The position numbers and the translations under genes are program-made. Below are positions 1-10,451 of a stretch of DNA of 64,000 nt, in pieces (positions within the stretch are counted from its first letter, which is position 1; every line of letters starts with the position of its first letter). The stretch covers positions 11,033 to 75,032 of the forward strand of contig NZ_JAWGOQ010000024.1 in the NCBI RefSeq assembly GCF_032555305.1. Reading direction: 5' to 3'. Origin of the DNA: Enterococcus sp. (lineage in GTDB: Bacteria; Bacillota; Bacilli; Lactobacillales; Enterococcaceae). A model generated the notes under the pieces. The model ran no database searches. It saw only the letters and a list, made by a program, of their open reading frames with translations, and was not told the origin of the DNA.

Positions 1-581
1 ACTGCGAGAAGCTGTTTACCAAAATCAATCAGTCGATAGCCTGTCCAGGCTGCGGTCGGGCAAATTCGTCAGAGCTTTGTTCAGATTGTCGGCTATGGCG
101 GCAGAATCTTGGTTTTGTGCTGGAGAATAAAAGCTTATTTCAATACGATGAAGGCTTTCGAGAATGGATTGAAGCCTATAAATTTACAGGAGACTATCGT
201 CTACGGGGGGCTTTTGCGACTGAATTGAAGCAGATGTTGCGGCACTATCAGGATTATTTGATTTGTCCGCTGCCTCTTTCACAGGAGCGATTTGAGCAAA
301 GAGGCTTTAATCAGGTCAGCAGCTGTTTGGCTTTTACGAGGGTTTCTTTTGAACCTTTGCTGAAGCGGAAGGAGCTGTCTCCCCAGTCAGAAAAATCACG
401 GGAAGAGCGGCTAAAAATGGAACAGCCCTTCGAATTGTTGGAATCAAATGGAAAAATTAGAAAACAAAGAGTTTTATTAGTCGATGATGTTTATACGACG
501 GGGCGGACGCTCTTCCATGCGGCCGAATTACTATACGAAAATGGCGCTGAAACGGTGAAGAGCTTGACTTTTGCACGTTAA
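1..581 (+). CDS. comFC: ComF family competence protein (5' truncated by window edge)
   Basis: Frame open from nt 3 (CEKLF...CPGC...CSDC zinc-ribbon cysteines); RGFNQ and LLVDDVYTTGRT PRTase motifs; lies upstream of hpf. Confidence 0.9.
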   Translation, partial: CEKLFTKINQSIACPGCGRANSSELCSDCRLWRQNLGFVLENKSLFQYDEGFREWIEAYKFTGDYRLRGAFATELKQMLRHYQDYLICPLPLSQERFEQRGFNQVSSCLAFTRVSFEPLLKRKELSPQSEKSREERLKMEQPFELLESNGKIRKQRVLLVDDVYTTGRTLFHAAELLYENGAETVKSLTFAR

Positions 582-606
582 AATGCATCGTTTTTACTTA
601 GGAAAT

Positions 607-649
607 TGATAGCGATTTACTTTGCAAAAGGATTAGATTTCGATATAAT
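607..649 (+). promoter_or_regulatory. Putative sigma-A promoter of hpf with adjacent cre-like site
   Basis: TTGCAA (622-627)-N16-TATAAT (644-649); TGATAGCGATTTAC (607-620) resembles the CcpA cre consensus. Confidence 0.5.
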
Positions 650-719
650 AGGGATAAGAAGAAGAGGTAAGAGTGGTCCTTCCTTCTCTTCAGTTGGCAA
701 GACGAAAGGGGCAATACGT

Positions 720-1265
720 ATGTTCAAATATAATGTTCGTGGAGAAAACATCGAAGTTACTGAAGCTATCCGTAATTACGTTGAAAAGAAAGTAGGAAAG
801 TTAGAACGCTACTTCACTGATGTTCCGGACGCAACTGCTTATGTCAATTTGAAAGTTTACACAGAAAAAACGGCAAAAGTTGAAGTAACGATTCCATTAC
901 CTTACTTGGTTCTTCGGGCGGAAGAAACTTCACCAGATTTATATGCAAGTATTGATTTGGTTGTGGATAAATTAGAACGTCAGATCCGCAAATTTAAAAC
1001 AAAAATTAATCGCAAAGCTCGTGAAACGGGCGTGCCTGAACGTGAAGTTGAAGTGTTAGTGAACGCAGAAGGTTCAGAAGAATCTGAATTAGAGATCGTT
1101 CGGACAAAACGCTTATCATTGAAACCAATGGGCAGCGAAGAAGCAGTCTTACAGATGAACATGCTTGGCCATAACTTCTTTATTTTTGAAGATGCTGAAA
1201 CTAACGGCACTAGCATCGTTTATCGTCGTAAAGATGGCAAATATGGTTTAATCGAAACAGATTAA
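720..1265 (+). CDS. hpf: Ribosome hibernation promoting factor (long HPF/RaiA)
   Basis: [18 protein letters not shown]...[19 protein letters not shown]...[25 protein letters not shown] before ATG 720. Confidence 0.95.
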   Translation: MFKYNVRGENIEVTEAIRNYVEKKVGKLERYFTDVPDATAYVNLKVYTEKTAKVEVTIPLPYLVLRAEETSPDLYASIDLVVDKLERQIRKFKTKINRKARETGVPEREVEVLVNAEGSEESELEIVRTKRLSLKPMGSEEAVLQMNMLGHNFFIFEDAETNGTSIVYRRKDGKYGLIETD

Positions 1266-1278
1266 TTTGAATTTACGG

Positions 1279-1310
1279 CCTTCCAGCTGATGCTGGAAGG
1301 TTTTTTATTT
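1279..1310 (+). terminator. Intrinsic terminator after hpf
   Basis: CCTTCCAGC-TGAT-GCTGGAAGG followed by T-run. Confidence 0.85.
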
Positions 1311-1531
1311 TCATTGAAAATAAAGTTTTGGAATACAATAGTTTTCCACCAAGGGGTTATTCTTGATATCATGAGCTATTTTAGAAATTCACAAAAAAGA
1401 TTAATCATTATATAAGTCGTTCTTTATTCGCTATGATAAGTTTCTTTTCTCAAGGAGTAATGATAAAATATACTAGCGGGTTTCTATCATAAAATAGAAA
1501 ATGAAAAGAATTAAAGGAGTAAGATAAACGA

Positions 1532-4063
1532 ATGGCAAACTTTCTGAGACGAATGATTGAAAATGATAAAAAAGAATTGAAACGATTAAGCGGGATCGCT
1601 GACAAAATTGAAGAATTTTCTGGCGATATGGAAAAATTGTCGGATGGACAATTACGCGGGAAGACTGAAGAATTCAGAGGACGCTACCAAGCTGGCGAAA
1701 CTCTGGATGATTTACTGCCAGAAGCTTTCGCGGTAGTTCGTGAAGCGGCAAAACGTGTCTTGGGTCTCTATCCATACCACGTCCAATTAATGGGTGGGAT
1801 CGTTTTACACGATGGGAATATTCCTGAGATGAAAACCGGTGAAGGGAAAACGTTGACAGCAACGATGCCGGTTTATTTGAATGCCTTGACAGGTGAAGGT
1901 GTCCATGTTGTAACAGTAAATGAATATTTAGCAACACGTGACTCCACTGAAATGGGTGAATTGTATAACTTCTTAGGCTTAAGTGTCGGATTGAACATCA
2001 ATTCAAAAACATCTGACGAAAAACGAGAAGCTTACAATTGCGACATCACTTACAGTACGAATAACGAGTTAGGATTTGACTATCTGCGTGATAACATGGT
2101 TGTTTATCAGAATCAGATGGTTCAACGCCCATTGAGTTACGCGATCGTCGATGAAGTCGATTCGATCTTGATCGATGAAGCGCGGACACCATTGATTATT
2201 TCTGGTGCCGCTGAAAAATCTACAGCGTTATACACACGGACAGATAATTTTGTCAAACGGTTAAAAGAAGATGAAGATTACAAAATCGATATCCAATCAA
2301 AAACAATCGGTTTGACTGAGCAAGGGATCGAAAAAGCGGAAGAAAACTTCGGCTTGGAAAACTTGTACGACTTGGAAAATACTGCGTTGACTCACCATTT
2401 AGATCAAGCGTTGCGGGCAAATTACATTATGATTCGCGACATTGACTACGTGGTTCAAGAAGGAAAAGTGTTGATCGTTGACCAATTTACTGGACGGATC
2501 ATGGATGGTCGTCGTTATTCTGACGGCTTGCACCAAGGGATCGAAGCCAAAGAAGGCGTTGAGATTGAAGACGAAACGAAGACGATGGCAACCATCACCT
2601 TCCAAAACTACTTCCGGATGTACAAGAAGTTAGCCGGGATGACAGGTACTGCCAAAACGGAAGAAGAAGAATTTCGTGAAATCTACAATATCGAAGTTAT
2701 TCAAATTCCAACAAACCGCCCGATTATTCGGGAAGACAACGCGGATTTGTTATACCCAACACTAGAAAGTAAATTCCATGCGGTCGTTCAAGACATCAAA
2801 GAACGTCATCGTAAAGGACAACCGATCCTGGTCGGTACCGTAGCCGTTGAAACGTCTGAGTTACTTTCAAACATGTTAGATCGCGAAAAAGTTCCACATG
2901 AAGTCTTAAATGCGAAGAACCACTTTAAAGAAGCGGAAATCATTATGAACGCCGGACAAAAAGGCTCTGTTACGATCGCTACCAACATGGCCGGTCGAGG
3001 AACCGATATCAAGTTAGGTCTAGGCGTCATTGAATTAGGCGGACTAGCCGTAATTGGTACGGAACGTCATGAATCACGTCGTATTGATAATCAGCTGCGT
3101 GGACGTTCAGGTCGTCAAGGAGATCCGGGTGTCACACAATTTTATCTTTCATTGGAAGATGATTTGATGAAACGTTTTGGTTCTGAACGAATCAAAGCCT
3201 TCTTGGATCGGATGAAGGTCGAAGACGAAGATGCCGTAATCCAAAGCAAGATGCTGACTCGTCAAGTAGAATCTGCTCAAAAACGCGTGGAAGGAAACAA
3301 CTACGACACACGTAAAAACGTCCTGCAATATGATGATGTGATGCGTGAACAACGGGAAGTTATCTACAAACAACGTCAAGATGTTATCATGGGCGAAAAA
3401 GATTTGACGCCGAACTTATTGAACATGGTACGTCGGACGATCTCACGGGTTGTGGATAGCCATACGCAATTAGAAAAGGAAAACTGGAATCTTGAAGCGT
3501 TGGCTGATTTTGCCGGAACGACTCTAGTTCATGAGGACTCTATCTCAAAAGCGGATTTCGAAGGCAAGACGCCAGAAGAGATGAAAGACTATCTGTATGG
3601 TCGTGCGAAAGCTGTCTTTGATACGAAGGTAGCTCAGTTGCAAAGTCCAGAACAATTATTGGAATTTGAAAAAGTCGTTATCTTGCGTGTCGTGGATACG
3701 AAGTGGACTGATCATATCGATGCGATGGATCAATTACGTCAATCCGTTGGTCTGCGTGCCTATGGACAAAATAATCCATTGGTTGAGTATCAAACAGAAG
3801 GCTACAAGATGTTCGAAGACATGGTTGGGGCGATCGAATTTGAAGTAACACGTCTCTTCATGAAGGCAGAAATACGCCAAAACGTTCAACGTGAACAAGT
3901 GGCGCAAAACCAGCAAGAACATCCGGTAGAAGCCGATGGCGATCCGAAAAACTTGACTCATACGAAACAAAAACCAGTTCATGTAGAAAAAGTTGGACGG
4001 AACGATCCTTGTCCATGCGGCAGTGGTAAAAAATACAAAAACTGCCACGGCAAAGGACAATAG
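1532..4063 (+). CDS. secA: Preprotein translocase ATPase SecA
   Basis: MKTGEGKT Walker [21 protein letters not shown]-terminal [19 protein letters not shown]. Confidence 0.99.
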   Translation: MANFLRRMIENDKKELKRLSGIADKIEEFSGDMEKLSDGQLRGKTEEFRGRYQAGETLDDLLPEAFAVVREAAKRVLGLYPYHVQLMGGIVLHDGNIPEMKTGEGKTLTATMPVYLNALTGEGVHVVTVNEYLATRDSTEMGELYNFLGLSVGLNINSKTSDEKREAYNCDITYSTNNELGFDYLRDNMVVYQNQMVQRPLSYAIVDEVDSILIDEARTPLIISGAAEKSTALYTRTDNFVKRLKEDEDYKIDIQSKTIGLTEQGIEKAEENFGLENLYDLENTALTHHLDQALRANYIMIRDIDYVVQEGKVLIVDQFTGRIMDGRRYSDGLHQGIEAKEGVEIEDETKTMATITFQNYFRMYKKLAGMTGTAKTEEEEFREIYNIEVIQIPTNRPIIREDNADLLYPTLESKFHAVVQDIKERHRKGQPILVGTVAVETSELLSNMLDREKVPHEVLNAKNHFKEAEIIMNAGQKGSVTIATNMAGRGTDIKLGLGVIELGGLAVIGTERHESRRIDNQLRGRSGRQGDPGVTQFYLSLEDDLMKRFGSERIKAFLDRMKVEDEDAVIQSKMLTRQVESAQKRVEGNNYDTRKNVLQYDDVMREQREVIYKQRQDVIMGEKDLTPNLLNMVRRTISRVVDSHTQLEKENWNLEALADFAGTTLVHEDSISKADFEGKTPEEMKDYLYGRAKAVFDTKVAQLQSPEQLLEFEKVVILRVVDTKWTDHIDAMDQLRQSVGLRAYGQNNPLVEYQTEGYKMFEDMVGAIEFEVTRLFMKAEIRQNVQREQVAQNQQEHPVEADGDPKNLTHTKQKPVHVEKVGRNDPCPCGSGKKYKNCHGKGQ

Positions 4064-4090
4064 TTTTTTACGATAAAGAGCGGACTTAGG

Positions 4091-4122
4091 ACGAGACATA
4101 GCTACTATGTCTCGTTTGTTTT
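4091..4122 (+). terminator. Intrinsic terminator after secA
   Basis: ACGAGACATAG-CTA-CTATGTCTCGT followed by TTGTTTT. Confidence 0.8.
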
Positions 4123-4125
4123 GCG

Positions 4126-4610
4126 AGTTTTTCTTCCCGCTTTAGCGGGTTAGAAAAATGGTATGCGTGGTGAGAATAAAACTAACTTTTTCGCTTTTTG
4201 AAAAAGTTAATGCTTTAAAACGAATTAGCTGCCAGTTTTCTTAGCAGTTTGATATAGAACGAAATCTAAGTTGATATGTTCTGATGAAATAAGGCACGAA
4301 CTGTTTAGCGTAATCGTACGCGCAGTGAGAATCAGATTCATTTTTCATGGGTTTCGAAAAATGATTACTTTAATATGAGCTAGCTGCCAGTTCAACTTTT
4401 CTCAGCTCTCAAAGTTGGACTGGTAATTAAATGGTTGAAACACAGTATTGACACGTGATGTTTAGTTGGATGGTATGCGCGATGAAAATAAAACTAACTT
4501 TTTCGCTTTTTGAAAAAGTTAATCCTTTAAAACGAATTAGCTGCCAGTTTTGCTTCTCACAGCTTGATTTTTAAAGAGTCTTGGCTTAAAACCATAGCGT
4601 AATCGTATAT
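4126..4610 (+). repeat. Head-to-tail array of about 3.5 copies of a structured intergenic repeat
   Basis: Units 4126-4233, 4234-4388, 4389-4545 and partial 4546-4610, joined at TAGCTGCC|AGTT; 4158-4239 and 4470-4551 are nearly identical. Confidence 0.85.
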
Positions 4611-4789
4611 AGAACAGGATCCGAATCATGTTTTATTAAACCTTTTTTAAAGGTTCATTTTGTAACAAATATTTTTTTATGGTTGACAAAACCTTCAGCA
4701 GAATGGTATGTGTATTGAGATTGAAGTACGATTTTTTTGATTCATGGTTTTACGGGTATTTTTTTACCCGGAAGAAAGAGGGAATAGAT

Positions 4790-5900
4790 GTGGAAAATGC
4801 AGAAATACGAAATTTGTTAGACACGATGCAAGAGCAGGTCGTAAGCTTCAGGGGGTCTCTTTGACCTAGAGCAGTTAGAAGAAGACATCGCGGAGGCGGA
4901 AAATCAAATGACCGCTCCAGGTTTTTGGGATGATTCGGAAAAGGCGCAGGCATTGATCAATAGTAACAATGCAGCAAAGGATACATATGACCAGTTTCAA
5001 GCGATCGCAAATGAAACCGATGAATTGAATGTCATGTGGGAAATGCAGCAGGAAGAATATGACTATGAACTGCACAGTGAACTTGAAGAACGGTTAGGTC
5101 AATTGCAGGAAAAAGTTTCTGGCTTCGAACTGTCTCTTTTACTTGATGAACCTTACGATAAAAATAATGCGATCGTGGAATTGCATCCAGGTGCTGGCGG
5201 AACAGAATCTCAGGACTGGGGTTCGATGCTTTTGCGGATGTATACACGCTGGTCGGAGCAGCATGGATTTTCAGTTGAGACGATCGATTACCAATCAGGT
5301 GACGAGGCGGGTATCAAAAGTGTGACGCTAATGATCAAAGGAACGAATGCTTATGGCTACTTGAAGTCAGAAAAGGGTGTTCATCGTTTAGTGCGAATCT
5401 CACCTTTTGATTCAGCTAGCCGACGCCATACTTCTTTTTGTTCGGTTGAAGTGATGCCGGAATTAGATGAAAATATCGAAGTCGAGATCAATCCAGATGA
5501 TCTGAAGGTCGATGTTTATCGTGCTAGTGGTGCTGGCGGTCAGCATATCAACAAGACTTCATCAGCCGTTCGAATCACGCACCTACCGACCGGCACCGTT
5601 GTCGCCAGTCAAGCACAGCGTTCGCAATTCCATAACCGCGAAACGGCGATGCAGATGCTGAAGGCGAAGCTTTATCAATTAGAGATCGAGAAGAAGGAGC
5701 AGGAAGCTGCTGCATTACGTGGTGAACAAAAGGAAATCGGCTGGGGCTCGCAAATTCGTTCTTATGTATTTCATCCTTACTCGATGGTGAAGGATCATCG
5801 CACCGAACATGAGACAGGAAATGTACAGGCAGTAATGGACGGCGAATTGGATCCTTTCATTGACGCTTACTTGAAATGGCGATTAGCTCAAGAGGGTTAA
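4790..5900 (+). CDS. prfB: Peptide chain release factor 2, programmed +1 frameshift, join(4790..4861,4863..5900)
   Basis: GTG start after GAGGGA; AGGGGG-TCT-CTT-TGA-C slippery site at 4850-4865; SPF and GGQ motifs downstream. Confidence 0.97.
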
Positions 5901-5997
5901 GGCCAAAATGAAATCAAACTGTAAAGTAATGAAAGCCAGTTGCAATGTTGGCATGCTATAATAACAAAGAATTTAAGAGGATTTGGAGAGATAAAGC

Positions 5998-6687
5998 ATG
6001 ATTGAAATGCAGGATGTAACAAAAAAATATCCTAACAAGACAACTGCTGTACGTGGGATTTCGGTCCGTATCGATCAAGGTGAGTTCGTCTATGTCGTTG
6101 GCCCCTCTGGTAGTGGAAAATCTACCTTTATCAAGTTGATGTATCGTGAAGAAAAAGCAACCTCTGGAAAAGTATTAGATGTTGCCCGTCACGATTTATT
6201 AAAAATTAAAAATAAAGAAGTTCCTTATTTGCGTCGTGATGTCGGCGTCGTTTTCCAGGACTTCAAGCTACTGCCCCGCAAGACCGTTTATGAAAATGTT
6301 GCCTATGCAATGCAGGTTATTGGACGTAAACCGCGGGACATCAAAAAACGTGTTATGGAAGTGCTGGACCTTGTTGGGTTGAAGCATAAAGTCCGCGTGT
6401 TCCCAAGTGAACTATCTGGTGGGGAGCAACAACGGGTATCAATTGCACGCGCGATCGTGAATACCCCGAAAGTGTTGATCGCCGATGAACCGACAGGAAA
6501 TTTGGACCCAGATACTTCTTGGGAAATCATGCATCTATTAGAACGAATCAATAATCAAGGAACAACGATCGTCATGGCGACTCATAACAAAACGATCGTA
6601 GATACAATGCGTCATCGCTTGATCGCGATTGAAAATGGCTTGATCGTTCGGGATGAAGCGGAAGGAGAATACGAGTTTGATGATTAG
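5998..6687 (+). CDS. ftsE: Cell division ABC ATPase FtsE
   Basis: GPSGSGKST, LSGGEQQRVSIARAIVN, ADEPTGNLD; followed by ftsX. Confidence 0.95.
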   Translation: MIEMQDVTKKYPNKTTAVRGISVRIDQGEFVYVVGPSGSGKSTFIKLMYREEKATSGKVLDVARHDLLKIKNKEVPYLRRDVGVVFQDFKLLPRKTVYENVAYAMQVIGRKPRDIKKRVMEVLDLVGLKHKVRVFPSELSGGEQQRVSIARAIVNTPKVLIADEPTGNLDPDTSWEIMHLLERINNQGTTIVMATHNKTIVDTMRHRLIAIENGLIVRDEAEGEYEFDD

Positions 6688-7564
6688 AAATTTCTTCCGG
6701 CACTTGTTGGAAAGTATCAAGAGTGTCAAACGTAACGGCTGGATGACGTTAGCTTCAGTCAGCGCGGTAACGATCACCTTGACGATGGCAGGAATTTTCA
6801 TGGCAGTGATCATGAATGCGACGAAACTAGCTCAGGATGTTGAAGGCAATGTCGAGGTAACCGTCTTTGTTGATATCGGTACGAAGGAAAAGGATTTAAA
6901 AGAGTTGAAGACAGATCTGGAAGATATCAGCCATGTAGATAAGGTGACCTTTTCTAGTAAAGAAGAGCAGTTGAAAAAATTACAAAAACAAATGGGAGAT
7001 GCCTGGGACCTATTTGAAGGCGACAGCAACCCGCTTTATGATGTATATGTTGTAAAAGCAACAGACGCACAATATATTCGTCCAGTAACCCGAGAAGCAA
7101 GTCAATTACCAAATGTTTTCCGTGCCAATTATGGCGGAAATTCTGCTGACCGAATCATTCAAATGTCGAAGGTCGTACGGACTTGGGGCTTAGCAGCAGC
7201 TGCTCTATTAGTCTTTGTGGCAATCTTCTTGATTTCGAATACTATTCGGATCACGATCATTTCACGGAAAACCGAGATTCAAATCATGCGCTTAGTTGGT
7301 GCCAAGAATGGATATGTCCGTTGGCCATTCTTCCTTGAGGGTGGTTGGATCGGTTTGATTGGTTCAATCGTGCCGATTCTAGTCTTGACCTATGGCTACT
7401 CGCAAGTGTACGGATTGGCTGCACCGTATCTTTTACAGTCAAATCTAGAACTGCTGCGTCCGAACCAAATCGTTTGGATTTTGGATATCACGATGGCCGT
7501 TGGCGGTTACTTGATTGGTTCATTAGGATCGGTCATTTCAATGCGTCGCTTCTTAAAAATTTAA
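6680..7564 (+). CDS. ftsX: Cell division permease FtsX
   Basis: RNGWMTLAS..., ISNTIRITIISRKTEIQIMRLVGA...PFFLEG; start ATG 6680 overlaps the ftsE end. Confidence 0.95.
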   Translation: MIRNFFRHLLESIKSVKRNGWMTLASVSAVTITLTMAGIFMAVIMNATKLAQDVEGNVEVTVFVDIGTKEKDLKELKTDLEDISHVDKVTFSSKEEQLKKLQKQMGDAWDLFEGDSNPLYDVYVVKATDAQYIRPVTREASQLPNVFRANYGGNSADRIIQMSKVVRTWGLAAAALLVFVAIFLISNTIRITIISRKTEIQIMRLVGAKNGYVRWPFFLEGGWIGLIGSIVPILVLTYGYSQVYGLAAPYLLQSNLELLRPNQIVWILDITMAVGGYLIGSLGSVISMRRFLKI

Positions 7565-7569
7565 TAAAC

Positions 7570-7605
7570 AAAACTTCTTCGAAACAAATTCGGAGAAGTT
7601 TTTTT
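7570..7605 (+). terminator. Intrinsic terminator after ftsX
   Basis: AAAACTTCTTCGAA...TTCGGAGAAGTTTT plus T-run. Confidence 0.8.
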
Positions 7606-7636
7606 GTTCCTTAATAAAATCAGAAAAAGCTCTTCC

Positions 7637-7665
7637 TTGATTTTTTCTTGGAAAGGTTCTAAGAT
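7637..7665 (+). promoter_or_regulatory. Putative sigma-A promoter of the riboswitch-gdx transcript
   Basis: TTGATT-N17-TAAGAT just upstream of the riboswitch. Confidence 0.55.
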
Positions 7666-7671
7666 AGAAAT

Positions 7672-7745
7672 CAATTATATAACGCTACCGAGCAAGGGAG
7701 CCAATTTCGTTAGGTCATTGAAGAAATTGGACTCCCTTATTTTGT
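7672..7745 (+). ncRNA. Guanidine-IV (GGAM-1) riboswitch
   Basis: P1 GCT-ACCG-AGC; terminator-like P2 AAGGGAGCCAATTTC/GAAATTGGACTCCCTT whose loop carries TAGGTC...GAA (ACC/GGT kissing potential); upstream of a Gdx-type SMR gene. Confidence 0.8.
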
Positions 7746-7746
7746 C

Positions 7747-7900
7747 AGTTATGCTTTTTGCAGTCTATTTGGTTTGTGTCGAAGGGATCAATTTTTAACC
7801 AGTTAATAGGCAGGCGATTAGCATAATGATATGCGTAATGAAAATCGAACTCATTTTTCGTGTTTTTGGAAAAATGAATACCTTGAAATGAATTAGCGGT
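7747..7900 (+). repeat. Dispersed copy of the structured repeat
   Basis: AGTTATGCTTTTTGCAGT...TTAGCATAATGATATGCGTAATGAAAAT...TCATTTTTC-N9-GAAAAATGA...AATGAATTAGC. Confidence 0.8.
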
Positions 7901-7919
7901 GTGTTTAGGAGGAATTTTT

Positions 7920-8243
7920 ATGATGGCATGGGTATCTTTAGTCGTAGCAGGAGTGTTTGAAATGTTTTGGGCGACGATGATGAAGCTGAGTGAAGGCTTC
8001 AGTAAAATCAATTATTCACTATTAACGGTGATTGGAATGATCGCAAGTTTCTATTTTTTGGCAAAATCACTTCATTCGTTACCAATGAGTTTGGCGTATC
8101 CGATTTGGACAGGCATCGGAGCGGTAGGCTCAATTTTGATCGGAGTCATTTTCTTTAAAGATCATCTATCGTTATTGACCAGTTTTTTTGTCATACTTTT
8201 GGTCGCAGGAATTATCGGAATCAAGGTTACTAGCGGACATTAA
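7920..8243 (+). CDS. gdx: SMR family exporter, Gdx/SugE (guanidinium) subtype
   Basis: About 107 aa, 4 TM; AGVFEMFWA (G-E-W), ASF, AYPIWTGIG; SD AGGAGG. Confidence 0.8.
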   Translation: MMAWVSLVVAGVFEMFWATMMKLSEGFSKINYSLLTVIGMIASFYFLAKSLHSLPMSLAYPIWTGIGAVGSILIGVIFFKDHLSLLTSFFVILLVAGIIGIKVTSGH

Positions 8244-8292
8244 GCAGAAAGTAAGTTAAACTATTTTTAATATAAAATCCTGGAGGGAATCT

Positions 8293-8730
8293 ATGATCAA
8301 ATCAACGGATGAATTAACACCACAAGAATTAGTAACTATTTTACAGGCTCGCACAGCAGTTTTTGTTGTGGAGCAAAAATGTCCTTATCAAGAAGTCGAT
8401 GAGGCAGATCGTCAGGCGGTTCACGTTTGCATAGCGGAAAATGGAACATTGCAAGCTTATGCGCGTATTTTGGATGAAGAGGACGGGGTTCATTTTGGTC
8501 GAGTTTTAGTGGTGAAAGAGTACCGAGGACAGCAGTTAGGTCGAGAGATTGTAAGGAAGACATTAGGCGAGATTGAAGTCCGCTATCCCAATCGTCCAGT
8601 TATTATTTCAGCGCAAGCGCACCTAGCTGATTTCTATGGTTCATTTGGCTTTGAAAAAACTTCCGATGTTTATTTAGAGGATGAAATCCCTCACATTGAC
8701 ATGTTGTTGCAAAATGAAAAAAAACGCTAA
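8293..8730 (+). CDS. GNAT N-acetyltransferase, ElaA-like
   Basis: RTAVFVVEQKCPYQEVD, FGRVLV, SAQAHLADFYGSFGF, YLEDEIPHIDM. Confidence 0.85.
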   Translation: MIKSTDELTPQELVTILQARTAVFVVEQKCPYQEVDEADRQAVHVCIAENGTLQAYARILDEEDGVHFGRVLVVKEYRGQQLGREIVRKTLGEIEVRYPNRPVIISAQAHLADFYGSFGFEKTSDVYLEDEIPHIDMLLQNEKKR

Positions 8731-8790
8731 AGCACGTGGTTTACAATCAGCTTCTTCTCGGCTATTCTTTAGTAGAAGGAGTGTGGAAAC

Positions 8791-10239
8791 ATGTCTTTTG
8801 TGACAGAGCACTTGGGATTAGTGTTCCTGATTATTAATACGATTTTATCATTTATTATTGTTTTTCGAGAACGGAAGGATACGGTCAATACATGGGCTTG
8901 GTTGTTAGTCTTGACCTTCATTCCAGTTCTCGGCTTTATTTTATATGTCTTTTTTGGAAAGGGAATTTCGAAGGAACGGATCTTTGATTTGAAGATGCAG
9001 ACCAAAATCGGGATGAACGTGGAGGTCCAGCAGCAGCAGCGAGCATTGGCACGAGGCCTTTTTCCCAAGCCAACAACGAATCAAGTCGATCCGAGGCAGC
9101 TGATCTATATGCTGACGATGTTTGAGAGTTCTTTATATACGACCAATAATGAGGTTATTCTATACACTGATGGACGCGAAAAGTTCGACGCGCTGCTTGA
9201 GGATATCAAACAGGCAAAATACCACATCCATATGGAGTACTATATTTATCGTGCAGATGATCTGGGGCTTGAAGTAAGGGAAGCATTAGTAGCCGCAGCC
9301 TCTCGTGGAGTAAAAGTTCGACTGCTTTTAGACGCGTGGGGTTCTACCCAGGTCAATCGGCGTTTTCTCGCCCCACTGATCGAAGCAGGGGGAGAAGTGG
9401 ATTTCTTCTTCCCACTATTTTTACCGTATTTGAATCCGCGTATGAATTATCGCAATCATCGGAAAATCGTGGTGATCGATGGGGAGATCGGCTATACTGG
9501 CGGCTTCAATGTTGGGGATGAATACCTAGGATTAGTCGAAAAGTTCGGCTATTGGCGAGATAATCATTTGCGTATTCACGGTCATGCTGTTTACACGTTG
9601 CAGAACCGTTTTTTGATGGATTGGAATTCCCAGCAAAAACATGAACTGGTTTATCAACCGGATTATTTCCCTGAGATCGAATCAGAAGGGAAGCTGGCCT
9701 TGCAAATGGTCAGCAGCGGACCTGATAGTGAGCACGAGCAAATTAAATTGACCTACCTGAAAATGATCAATTTAGCCAAGAAAGAAATTCTGATTCAAAC
9801 GCCTTACTACATCCCAGACGCACCGATCCATGAAGCGTTGAAACTGGCATTATTATCAGGAGTCAAGGTTCGTATTCAAATTCCGAATAAACCCGATCAT
9901 ATGCTGGTTTATTGGGCGACCTATTCTTTTTCAGCTGAGCTGCTGGAATATGGAGCAATCATCGAGACCTACGAGAATGGTTTTATTCACGCAAAAACGA
10001 TGGTGATTGACGCTGGAATCGCTTCAGTGGGATCAGCCAATATCGATGTTCGTTCCTTCAAACTGGACTTTGAAGTGAATACGATCGTTTACGACGCGGC
10101 GTTTGCCGAGGAGTTGCGTGAAGAATTTTATAAAGACTCCATGAAATCAGAACTTTTGACTCAAGAAAAATACGATCAGCGCGGGATTGTTATTAAGTTC
10201 AAAGAAGGAATTGCACGTTTGATTTCTCCTCTCCTGTAA
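8791..10239 (+). CDS. cls: Cardiolipin synthase
   Basis: Two N-terminal TMs; two HKD motifs (RNHRKIVVIDG, HAKTMVID). Confidence 0.95.
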   Translation: MSFVTEHLGLVFLIINTILSFIIVFRERKDTVNTWAWLLVLTFIPVLGFILYVFFGKGISKERIFDLKMQTKIGMNVEVQQQQRALARGLFPKPTTNQVDPRQLIYMLTMFESSLYTTNNEVILYTDGREKFDALLEDIKQAKYHIHMEYYIYRADDLGLEVREALVAAASRGVKVRLLLDAWGSTQVNRRFLAPLIEAGGEVDFFFPLFLPYLNPRMNYRNHRKIVVIDGEIGYTGGFNVGDEYLGLVEKFGYWRDNHLRIHGHAVYTLQNRFLMDWNSQQKHELVYQPDYFPEIESEGKLALQMVSSGPDSEHEQIKLTYLKMINLAKKEILIQTPYYIPDAPIHEALKLALLSGVKVRIQIPNKPDHMLVYWATYSFSAELLEYGAIIETYENGFIHAKTMVIDAGIASVGSANIDVRSFKLDFEVNTIVYDAAFAEELREEFYKDSMKSELLTQEKYDQRGIVIKFKEGIARLISPLL

Positions 10240-10451
10240 AAATCATTTGCGCTTTCATGGTTTGATAGTATAAAATGAACTAGCTTGTTTAGTAAGTCAA
10301 ACATTTAGAAAATGAATAAGATGTCAGTTGCGAGTCCCAATTTCATTTTTAAGACGTTAGTGGGATCATAGGCAACGACAGTCAGAAAAGTTGATACAAT
10401 TTTTTCATTTTACTAGAGTTGGCTCAATTAATTGAAATAAGGAGCTTTTTC

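Noticed and set aside
582..719. raiA-motif ncRNA between comFC and hpf
   Set aside because: The context fits, but the spacer is only 138 nt, half of it promoter, with one modest hairpin; too short for that multi-stem RNA.
4126..4610. CRISPR array
   Set aside because: Repeated parts are about 80-90 bp and degenerate, spacing is irregular (108-157 bp), and there are no cas genes in the window.
4679..4864. Stand-alone 61-aa ORF
   Set aside because: Its last 24 codons are the pre-frameshift part of prfB; the rest runs through non-coding leader.
7604..7798. 64-aa ORF upstream of gdx
   Set aside because: It overlaps the promoter, riboswitch and repeat and has no SD; the non-coding interpretation explains the sequence better.
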